This document shows positions 25,401-37,400 of a DNA stretch of 64,000 nucleotides, piece by piece. The notes below the pieces were generated by a model that searched no databases, was not told where the DNA came from, and worked only from the letters and a program-made list of their open reading frames with translations. The translations under genes and the position numbers were made by a program. This stretch comes from Gnetum montanum (taxonomy: Eukaryota; Plantae; Gnetophyta). The DNA lies in NCBI GenBank assembly GCA_015680685.1, contig MNCI01000751.1:62001-126000 (forward strand). The letters are read 5' to 3'. Every line of letters begins with the position of its first letter. Position 1 is the first letter of the stretch.

Positions 25401-28400
25401 AGCATCGCTCCATAGGCAAAGGAAGAGCCGCCATTTGAGTTTGATATTAGTGTTGTGGAGGGCCACAATGTCGATGACCCCACAACAACCACAATTTGAA
25501 CCTTGCTTGGTGGTGTATGGTTGGAGCTTGGTGATTGGTTGGGGGTGGGGGGATGGGTTTAGCCGCAACCCCGTGCCAATTGTGGTCTCATGTAGGCGAG
25601 GTAAGTGGGCCTTTGGGGGCACTGAAGGTGCCAAGGCTACCTTCCCCTAATAAGCTTCATCAAGAGCTTTAGCAACCATTTGATGAAGATCTACAAAGGA
25701 TGACCAAAGAGGTGACAGAGCATGCTTGAGGCAAGGAACGAGCCCTCTGGGAGGCCAAATGGCAAACTAGATAGGAGGAGTTCTAACGGCTTACTACGCA
25801 GGCGGAGCTACGGCACACCAAGTTGGAAAGAGAGGTCATGAGACAGCAAGACCTATAGGACAGTGTTGGAAGACGAGCTATGGACGCAGATACAAACTAA
25901 GATGCAATAGGAGGAGCAACACCATGTAGCTCAAAAAAAAAGAGGAGCAAAAGATATGAGAGCACAATTGGATGGAGGCCAAGCAATTGCAAATGCAACA
26001 AGATTGGATGCACAAGAACAATGCAAGGCTTTGGCTACGAAAAGGAAAGTACCCGTATGTTATTATGGATATTAACTGCAATACCTCTTGGATTGCACTA
26101 TGCAGACATATCAAGAGAACTGCTGCTCAGCTCCATCCAGATGGTATGGGCAATGTGGCAGAATGTGGCCAAAAGGAGGAGGCATTTAAAGAGTTTCAAC
26201 AGGCTATGGCATTTGTCGATACGGAAAGGCATTGAGTTGTTTTGGAGGCGATTCAGTATCAAGAATGTGCAACATGCAACTGCATCAGACTCCCCAAGTA
26301 TCTGTAGGGTTGTGGGGTCCTTGCTAATGGGAGGGGGGAAACCCACCTTTGCAATTGTTGCATTTGCGGTGCTTCTAGCTTCTATTTTTCCTCTATCGGT
26401 TCTCGCCAGAAAAGAGGGAGTTTCAATGTTTCTTGGTTGTACTAGTTATAGTTCCAACACTTACTCTAATAAGCAAAACCAGTTTCTTTTGTTTTATTCT
26501 CCTTTTGTTTTCCTTTGAAGGTCTTTAGGACCTTCTACATTTTGACGTTTTTAGGGGGGTGGTTCCTCCCCTCGTTGTTGGCAGTTTTTACCCCCTTTAC
26601 AATTTTGATTGTAAATAATATGTGGATTTCTTAATACAATCTAATCGCCCAAACTTTTCTCAGAAAAAAATAGTATCAATGTTTTTTTTTATGTAAAGGT
26701 CAAGAATTATATTTAAAAGCTCAAAATATGTAGAAAATCATATACAAAAAAGCCTAGGGAGATATCACCCCGAAACCACCCCCAAAACACCCCAACCTCA
26801 ATAGAGGGAGGGGAAAACACCCCACAGCCAAAAACTACCATCCCATATAATGGCCTAAACATGCCAAAAACAAATCACTGTCAAAAATTGATGACAAAAT
26901 CCACAAGAAATAGACGCAGACCCAAACCACAAGAGACAAAGAAAAAACACAACTGTTCACCAACACCGATGCCAACCCACACATGACGCTTACAGCCACC
27001 AAGGAAGCGTTAAGCAATGACAAGTAAACCACTCCTAGGCATGGATCGCCTCCAACACTTCCCTGTGGTGCTCAATGTCAACAAACATGGCCACTTGCTG
27101 GAAATCCTTCATAGCCTCCGCCTTGGCCGCATGCTCCTCCGCAATCCCTTGTCCATCAAGATGAAGCTCAACAAACATCTTCTGAATGTGCCTTCGTAAC
27201 ATTGTCCAAGATGTATTACAATCAATATTCATGACAATGTACAAGCATTTCTTTGCATTCTACTTATGAGCCCGATCAATCTGCCTCTAAAGCTCCTCTG
27301 CCCCATGCTCCTCCCTCTCCCTCTACTCCTGCTCAGCCTGCTCTAACTCCGCTTTTTGCTACTCCTACAGCAATTCCAATAGTATCAATGTTTTGATTGC
27401 TTGGGCCATCTAGAAAGCCCAAAGTAAAAGGGTACTCTTTGCAGCACCAAGTCCTTCACCTCAAAACCATTTTCTGTTTCACACAAAGACTATGGAAAGA
27501 AATTCCTACTACCATGGGGGTCACACCCACATTTGAGGCTACATCTAAATCCTTTCAAAACAAACTCCAGGTTGTGGGAGTTGGTACCATAGGTTGGGTG
27601 GGATTTCATCCTTCCCTTACTATAGGGGGAAAAAATATCAAGGGACCCAATTCTTCACAAGGTGGATGGGGAACAAGACCCACTTCTATGAGACTAAAAT
27701 CACTTTCATGGAGGTCACAATTAAAAAGTACATTGGGACCCTAGTGGCTAGGGAGATTATCTTGCCCACCATTCATGGGCTTCAAGAGGCATCTTTGCTT
27801 TTCACTAGACATTTTCTCCTTACATCTAGCAAGCAAGTGCCCTACTCCAAGCTTCAACCTCTATGGCAAATAGCACTTGAGCTTATTGACCAAATTTTTG
27901 TCCGATTGGGTACACATCCAAACTATAATCTTTGCACTTCACCTTCATGAATTGCCCCCTTTTTCAATGTAGGATTAACCTCTGGAAGTTCTTCTTAGCT
28001 TGCTTAGAGTAAAGGCAAGCAAAAAGCACTCCAGCCTAATTCTTGTCCTTTGAAGGACAACAAACATTAACAGGAATCAAGATGTCCCACAGCTCTTTTT
28101 GAAGGACAACAAACATTAACAGGAATCAAGATGTCCCACAGCTCTTTTTGAAGGACAACAAACATTAACAGGAATCAAGATGTCCCACAGCTCTTTTTGA
28201 AGGACAACAAACATTAACAGGAATCAAGATGTCCCACAGCTCTTTTTTTAGGAAATTCAAATCACAAGAGCTCATTCCTCAATTCACTATCTCATCAAGG
28301 AGGTTCTTTCATAGATGTGGTAGGAACCAGAACTAGAGTTCTAAGACTGCATGGAAGCCAGAATAGAAGATATTGAAGACAAAATCAAGAAAGAAGCTAA

Positions 28401-31400
28401 CACTAGGGTTATTGAGGAGACGGCCAGACCCATTGAGGACATAGAAATCAGGCTGAAATGAAAAACCAAGGCATGAAATAAAGATTAAAGCCCTTCAACA
28501 ATAGATTCGGAGGCAACCAGAATAGGAGATCGAGCAAGACCACTAAAGGTAGAAGCAGCAACATCAGAGGGAAGAGAAGATCACAAAGGAGTTTGAACTA
28601 CATGCTCAGGAAGGAGAAAGACATAGAATGCAAAAGCATGAGGCAAGAGAACATGCCTACATGCAGAAGATGATGAGACAGGACGAGGAATGAGAGAAAG
28701 AGGAGGTTTGGCAACCATTTCTGGACAACCTAGAATGTAATCTCCAGCAGGAGTTAAGGTCAGGGAAATACCATATGTCATGATGGGGGCCTACAAAAGA
28801 ATGTCGTGCAGTAAGCTCAATGCTTTCATCAAGAAAAAATCTTTTAGTCTTCACACTGACAAGGCATATATGGTCTGTTCCCTCAACAGAAAGACAGAAA
28901 GAACATCAGATATTCCAAGAAGCGGTGACTATGATCAAATCTGAGGTGAAATCAAACATCATGGATTGGGTCCATGCTGAAGAATGACCAGTTTGCAGTG
29001 GCACTTCACTCCCTTTCCTGTGATCATAAGCTTTCAGTTTTGTCTGTTCCAAAAGGGTCTGTTGCAGAATTATGGGTTTTTGAGGACTTTCTGGCTAATT
29101 CTTGTTATTATGTAATGATGAGAGGGCCCTCTCCCCTTTTCTGTGTTTCTTGGATCCTTGTCTGGGCAGGGAATTCCTCTCCCCCATTTCTTTCTTAAAA
29201 CTGGGGTGAGCTGCCCTCATGCTCCCCTTTGTACATTTTCTCCGTTCATAAAATCCCAACGTTTTCCCCAAAAAAAATTTATTTGTAAACTTTCATCAAA
29301 TAAAAGAACCTCAAATCATTGATAATTTTACCTGAATCACACGGGAGGTTTCCAAATAGAACTCTCGAAACCAGAGGAAGCCAATATCTGTAAGACTACA
29401 AAGAGTAGCTGCAGACAACATTTCCAGATTAAAAAAGTTAGATTGACCAGAAAGACAGCCATCCTAAAAAAAGGAAAAATTAAAATTAATATCAACTTTG
29501 GCCTATTTTAATAAATTCAATTTTTATCATTAAAATTCAACGTTAGATAACTTCAGTTATGTTTGCAGTAGATTACTAATATTGATAAGCCCAATTTGTT
29601 TATGCATTTGATGGTCTTGTTCCTACATTAATTGTCTGACTAACATATTTTTAATGGTAATTTGTGTCTTAAATTGGAAAACATCAAAAAGAATACTACG
29701 ATGATAACTCTGAACAGAAGAAACTCATAACTGAAACATGAAAATTACAGGTTCAATACTGAAAATTAGACAAATAAAAAGGAAAGAAGATTATAAAATT
29801 TAGAGTTATAATTATAAAGTTCAATTCACAACTAAAAATGTTTAGTTGAAATCGAAACGTTCTCAAGCTTAGGAATGGCTCCGTACCATAAGTAATTTCT
29901 GGTTATATACAAAATTTTATTTCTGGCTTCGTACCATAAATTTTATACAGACCGTAATATCTACCCTAAATTTATAAGAGAATGTAATCAGCAGTTCAGA
30001 CCTCCATCGTCAGCCGCAGCATTGCAAATACAAAATGGAACTCAAAGGTTTGGAAATGGATAGAATCACAAGAGAGATCAGAATTACATTGTGTAGCAAT
30101 TTTTCAGTTTTTGGCCTATTCACTGTAGAGAAACGGTAGAGTTGACCGTGGCTAGCACCGACATTGTTACATTAAGTGTGCATTTCAGTGACAAAGACAT
30201 TCGAACCAATGGAAGCAGAGCACAAGCACTAAACACTGCTAGCTATATCTAATGCATGAACATCAGTTTTCCTGATCCCTTCATTTCCCAAGTCCATCAA
30301 GGCAAAAATATGATTCATTAGTCTTCCAAGCACTAAATTTATGATAATTCATGTCAAATCACATTAAGGGAATAATATTGAAAACGATCGTGTATAATTG
30401 AGCGTTATATTGTTGATGGAATTGGGAGGCATTCCATGGGAGCAGACTCCCAGAAAAACTCTCATTCCTGTTGTTTCAGGAACGACAGTGTGCTCCCAAC
30501 TACCTGGTAACGCACCCACAGTTGGACCATAAAAAAATTGTAAGCACATGTCAAACCCCAGAGCAAGGACGTATGCACAAAGCATGAATTAGACATTATG
30601 AATAACAATTGAAAAACGTTAAGTGTATGTTTGATACTGACAGAACTATACAATTCCAATATCCTTCTGCATGTCTTCGATATTCTTAGAAATAAAACTG
30701 TGATTCACAATGCCACTTGAGGAAACACATGATTTACTCCAAACATAGGTGCATGTTCAACATGCACATGGCATCACTTCAACAAAACATCTCAGGTTCC
30801 CAAACTAGTCTGGATACGTTTTCAATGCTCCCCTGCTACCATATTCCCAAGCCACATGAAACGTAGAAATTGAGTAGATAGCCTAGAAGCTCGTCAGCAG
30901 CTTGAAAACTTTGGCCCATGAGAATTGTCAGCAAGCAATCAGGGAAAAGAATTGTTAATTTGAGAGAACATAAAGAGAATAGAAGAAACGGATGCTAGCA
31001 ATCATAACTTGGAAACTGTTCTAGCTTTGAAACATGCCAATGAATTTACAGGCAATGACTCATGTATTATTAAGTGTTTATATCATATAAGGCACCAACA
31101 CACCTCGCACTATATATTAAACTTGCGGCCACATCTGACGATGGGGATTAACCTATCAAACATGTCTAATTTGCCAAATATAATCCCAACATACTTAGAG
31201 GCATTATCATACGTTAGTTTCAGGATCGAAAAAAACAACTAATATATTGCAGAGAGCATTGCAAAATTTAAAAATATTTTCTGTCCGGATGCATTCAAAC
31301 TGCTGAACAGCCCTAGTTGTACAAAGACATATAATAACTATGGGAAACTCTTGATGACCTGTGCAGTCGAGGACATGCGGCATAAAATTTAATTTGTAAA

Positions 31401-34400
31401 AGAATGCCTCAAGTTGCTTCATGTCATTTGAAGGAATCTCCGAATCATTGCTCCCAAAAAGGCCACCAACTTTTTTAGAACTACCACCAGACAGAAGTTC
31501 ATGTAACAAAAACTGTAGACAATGTACCTACAGATAAATAAAATTCACTAAGTTAACATTATCATATAAGTTAAGATTCAGTGGCATAGAAAATAATCAA
31601 AAAACAACTACTGTAAGAACAAGCAGAAAAGAGATAAAATATCCATTATTTGAAATATTTGTTTATCTTTATTAGTACATTCTAATTTTATTTAGGGACT
31701 GTCATTCGGACTGATAGTAAGGTACTTGTTTCTCAGGTCAGAAGACATGTGTTTGCGTCTGGCATCAGCCACTCAAAGAGGTCAGACTCACTTATCCACT
31801 GACCCTCCTAGGAAACCACTTGGCCAGATGAGCATTGAGGATAAAACAACCATTCCTGGCTTTGCCAATAACTTTATAAGTTACATTTAACAACCAACAA
31901 AATAAATGGTATATGGCTAATTTACAAATGTCAAAATACACAAGCATCTGTGACATTAACCACTTACATGCATGTCTACTTTCCTTTATCATCCATACAA
32001 TATAGTAGTGGGATCCAACAGCATTTAGATAAGCAAGCAGCTCCTAGATGACCTATTACTTCGACATGAGGTGACCTCATTGCACTCTTGTTTACAAGTG
32101 ACTAAACCTACCAGCTCACTGAGTTATCAAAACTTGTCAAAGAACAGTTGCTTCATGATATGTAGTCACAGATAAACCCACATGATTAAAAAGGTAAGAG
32201 GAATTCACAAAAAAAAAAAAAGTTTAGGTTTATAGGGCCATCTTCAATCAACCACTAAGGCTTCCAAGTTGGATGTGCACAAGTAAAAACAATGAATGAT
32301 GGGAGTTATACACCTTCCATAGGCTTTGGGTATTACATTGTGATTATAGTTTACATGTGTGTGTCTCATCTCAGTGTGCTGTGATGACAAGTTAATTGGT
32401 TATGATGGCAATTTATAGGTTATGATGCTTTGACTCTTATGATATGATTATGATATCTTTACATGCTTAGTTAACATAATCATATACACTGGTCCTCCGT
32501 GATGTGGTAGGCATGTAATGTAGCTAGCAAAGATGTTGGATGGGGGTACAAGATCAACTATTTGGTATGTGCTTATGTTTTATGTGTGATTTCGGTGCTT
32601 ATGCTTTTAAACTGTAGTGCTATGTTCTATGATGCTTGGATGTGATTTTAGCATGTGGATGTGTAGTGCACCTGAAATGGATCTTGTAGGTTCAAAAAGA
32701 TTTTGATTTGTAGTCCCAATGTCTTTGTTATGTATCTTTGAAGGTTTGGGGTAAATTGAAGAATTTAAACTTTGAAAAGTTAACCAATGTTCTATTGATT
32801 TGGATAAACAATAGGATGTCCAATAAAGCAATGAAATTGGCAGCACAACTAAAAATGAGGTGTACCATACAAACAAACAAAAGGATCAAACTAAAAGCAC
32901 AAAAAGGCAAGGCTTTGATAAAAAAAGACCAAAGGGAAAGAATTAAAAACTGAACATTATTCAAGAAAAAGAAGATATATGACTTGAACATATTGTGGAA
33001 GAAAAGAACATAATGGCAAATTATTGTAGAACCAAGAATGCAATATGCCAAAGATGTTATCAAAAGGCATCAGATTAGGTGGAAATGCAAGTTGGCCAGC
33101 CCATAATGTGGGAATGCAACCCACATTGCATAAGCGAAGTTAAAGCCTCTATAAATTAGATTTTCTCTACTTCTATTTTCTTTTCTTGTTTTTTTTTTTT
33201 TTTTGGCTGAGGGGAGAATATGAAAATATAGTAGAACATTAGGATTATATCAAACCAACATTAATTGATGTTGCTTATAAACATAGTTACACAATGTTTT
33301 GCTAATTTCAAGCTTTTTAAGCAAACGAAAACAATAGCCACCATCACCTATGCATCTCGTTAAAAAATGAACATTGTGCAATTTATACATCAACCATTCA
33401 AATTATGAAGAGCAAAATGCTACTTTATCATTAACTTGTTATTTATCATCAACTTCTTAATAATGTCTCGTGTAGTCTGTTGGTTTCTTGGGATTTCGTT
33501 TTGAAAATGGCTGTCCAGCTGGCTCTGGTATTGGGCAATTTTGTCTCTTCCCCTTACTGTGGAACTCTGAAATGTCATTTTCTGTCGCTTTGTTTCACGG
33601 AGCTTTACCCCATTCTCAGGGGTGTTCCTCCCCTTGATGTTACTCACAGGGGCTTTTCCCCCTCATGTTTTGTATTTACCTGGTTTTGTTTTTTTGGCTG
33701 CAATATAATCCCAACCTTTCTCCCAAAAAAACAAAAGCAAACGTAGGCCCAATAATCAACCTACTACTATGCTAAGTTGAACACTTACTGGTTGTTAGTG
33801 AGTCTAGTCCTTATCCTTAAAGTTGAGGTAAACAATGTAGTGAAATTTTAAAGGTTAGCTATAGTGAATCCTACATTTTGGAATTACAAATTTACTGCTC
33901 AATCCTAAGATTGGCTTCAAACAAGTTTTATTGGTAACAAATGTTAGAGTTCAAATTCTTCATTTTGTTTTTCATCCTTTTGTTAGATTATTGTTTTCAT
34001 TGTGAATGTATATCTCACCATCACGATGTATAACCATTGTCGTGTTGTAATGCATTAGTTAATTTGCTTTAATTAACAAAACAATACATCGCGTTGTTAA
34101 CTGTTTATGTACAATTATAACAGTTTACCTTTGGGATACATCATTTCATAAGTCTTAAATAGTCATCACATAATAATCATGAATGTATGGATGTGAGTTT
34201 CTTTTTTGTCTTGCATGGTTGCAAGGTTACTCATCATAGGTCCTGAAAACCTCACATGGTATCAAAGTGGAATGGTGAGTAATCTTGGAAGATTGAATAA
34301 TGGCTCCTAAGACTTGGCAACATGCTTCTTATATAGCCATGGCTAAGGCAAGAACCTACACCCCATTCCTTACAATCTATGGAAGCTTCATATGAAATTT

Positions 34401-37400
34401 CTGCTACAAAGGAAATGCCTTGAGGAAACTTTGGTTGAAACTGCTACAGTGGAAGAGAATAAACAAATTGCACAAATGCTAATAGCACTGAATATGTCCA
34501 GAAAATTTGTGCAATTAGTGAAGAAACAAAATTCCGCATAGAGAGAGGGAGATGGGGAGTGCGAGAGTAGGTGAAGGAGTGAATGCAGGTGCTGGTGCTG
34601 GTACAAGGGAGGGCACTAGCGAGGGAGCAGATGAGGATGATGGGGGATCAGTGGTGCCATGTGTTGTGTCGGTCAAGTAGGGTCCTGCTTTTGGTGGGGC
34701 AGGTGGGGAGTGCAGGAGTGCAGGAGCGACAGTTGATGGGGCTGGCTGGCATTTGGGCGACAAGGGCATTGAGGCATGGTCCCAAAGGGAGGGTTCTATG
34801 CAACTACAGGTTCACAAGCCACCTTGCGAGGGGATACGGATGATGGACCAGCACTTAATTGGTAAGTTTGTGTCACTGGGGCTCACCCTAAGTTGGAGCT
34901 AATTCGAAAATGGTTTTATGAGACATAGGGTTTGGGGGAGATTGAAGTTTGCAGCCTCTTAGAGGAACTCCTCCTCTATGTTCCGATTGGTGGAGGACCA
35001 TGGCAAGGCTTTGTTGGGGGACCCTTGGTTTTATGGAGCGCAAGGGTTGGCATCAAGAGCTTACTCTTTTGATATTGGGGGTAGACTTTGGGGGTTGTCC
35101 TCCCTTGGCAAGGGGCTTAGAAAAGGAGATCCGCTATCTCACCTTCTTTTTATCATAGCGATGGATACCCTACAGCTATATTGCAAGGCAATAGGAGATA
35201 GAGGGTTAGAGATCGTTGTAGTGGAGTGCTTAGTAGAGCGTTATGCAGATGACACTATGCTACTTTAACAAGCAGCCGTGCCACAAGCTCAGGCGATTGA
35301 CTGCGCTCTTCGTCAAATGGCTTTGGAGGTGGGATTAGAAATTAAGAGGGGTAAGTCAACCCTTCACCTGATCAATGTTGATGCTAGAGTTGGAAGTAGA
35401 ATTTCTCAAATGTTGAGGATTCTTCGGGGTACTACTCAAAATCCCTACTTAGGGATCCCCCTTTTTGATTGGGGGAGGAATCAAACTTGATCAAAGCTGG
35501 TACAGAAAATGAAACACCAAATCGGGCACTAGTCAAATCATTTCCTTACCTAGAAGGGACAGCTCCTACTTGCTACGGCGGTTTTAACTACTATGGCCCA
35601 TTTCATGGCTTCTATGGCCTCTCCCCCTACAAGTATTATAATGAAGATTAATCAATAGGTTCAAAATTTTATATGGTCGGAGGGTAAAGGGGGTAATTGT
35701 ATGCATCTAGTATATTCGGAGACTACAGCTAGACCAAGGGAAGCTTCTGAAATTTCAAGATGAGATAATGTTGGGATATCAGAGATTAATTAACCGGATT
35801 TTACAGCATCATGAGCGGGTAGTTCAATGGATTAGAATTATGAATGGCAAGCATAGACATTGGGAAGTCGATCATCAGGTTTCACCAATCTAGCAAACAC
35901 TATGCAACCATGCACAAGATATGATGAGGGGAGGTTTGTTGGGGGTATCACCGTAGAAGCTTAGTCAAACTAAATATCTTTGGATTGATGGCTGAAGGAA
36001 CATTTGGAAGGGACAGTTACTGGAAAAGCTAAAGGTTTTCATTTGACAGGTATGACATGCAGCACTTCCAATGTGGTTTGTCCTACATATGAGGGGTTTG
36101 AACATTAATGATTGATGTCCATTATTTTCTAACATCCCCAAGACAATTGCACACTTTTTTTACCAATGCCCTTATGTTGTGGACACTTGGTGGGCTGCAG
36201 CTATTCCGGCCCATGCAAATTTGAGTGGAGATTCTAAGGCAACAATAGTTCTTTGGGAGCTCTAGAAGATCAGGAACAATGTGATTTTTACATCGAAGCG
36301 GCCTCCTTCGTCGACGCAAGCTGCAACTATGGGGATTAGATTTTGGAAAGAGGCCATGGCCTATTAGGCAAAGGTCCTCCCTTAACTGGAGGGGAACCCT
36401 GAGCTGGTTGATGGCCCATTCTTCTCAAACTAGGTTGGGGATATTACGTCCTTCTATGGCATTCGAATTGAGCTTATAGAGGCTGTGATTGCACAATACC
36501 TTGGTATCTCGGTGGCGGGGGAAACTATGCTTCCCAAGGGGCATGTACTATAGGACACTAAAGGTTTTTTCTGTGGAGTGGTCCCGAAAACGAGTAGCAG
36601 CCAGGTGCCAAAGTTACCATTACCACTTTTGTAGCAACAAGCGGTAGAGCTTGTGGATTGTTTCTTGGTCCAATCCAAAAATGCTTGGAAGCTTCAAGGC
36701 ATGCACTTCACCTTGTTGAAGTGCATGCAGCTAGGGCATGGAGTGAATTTGCTAAGATTTTTCCTAGCGACACTTTGGCGACAGTGTCAAGGTCACCACT
36801 CAAGGTTAATTCTCACACTATGGCGAGTAGCTACACTAGTTGTTCCATCAACTACTAGCATTGCTCCTTGTAGGATGGTCTACACGGGTAAGCAACTAGA
36901 TTCCCATAGAGATGCTCTTGTGCTAGTGCAGGTGCTAGGTTCAAGAAGTGGGGTTTACAAGGTTCCCTTTTCCTATCCCCAATAGCCAAGCTAGAGCTGC
37001 AATTGGTTGCAAAGCCGCAGCAAGCAACAAAGGAGGCTACAAAAAGGACAAGGCTGTAAGAAAGGTGCATGTGGAAGGCCCAATGGAGTGCTCAAGAGGA
37101 AGAGTTCCAACAGACCACAGCCTAGCTAGAGACACAATATGCTGAAAAGGAGGAGCTTCTTCAGAAGTATGATTTGCATGAAGCGGCAACAAGGGCAACA
37201 TTGATTGATGATATATGTCTCCAGATCAAGGAGGAGCTGCGACAAGAAGAGTAGCAAAGGGCTGAGTAGGAGAGGATGAAGTTGTTGCCTAAGGAGTGGG
37301 AGCAAGAGGAGGTAAAGTAGATGCAGCGGAAGCAGGATAAAGCGCATGCACATAATGCTCGGATGTGGCTGCGAGATGGGAGATGTCCATATGTCATTAT

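Larger units (their letters stand above)
17915..26669 (+). mobile_element. L1 LINE split by two LTR insertions (segments about 17915-18278 and 23634-26669), with internal deletions; carries J-domain with intact HPD
   Basis: ORF1 with [14 protein letters not shown] knuckle; ORF2 start [12 protein letters not shown] at 23988; GDFN; [13 protein letters not shown]; LHPDG at 26131-26145; A tail near 26663-26669. Confidence 0.85.

Noticed and set aside
25972-26235. Host DnaJ gene or processed pseudogene nested in the intron
   Set aside because: The J segment always sits at the same position in LINE 3' ends after the coiled coil, in both orientations, so it belongs to the element.
28051-28247. CRISPR-like array
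   Set aside because: Head-to-tail identical units with no spacers, in eukaryotic context.
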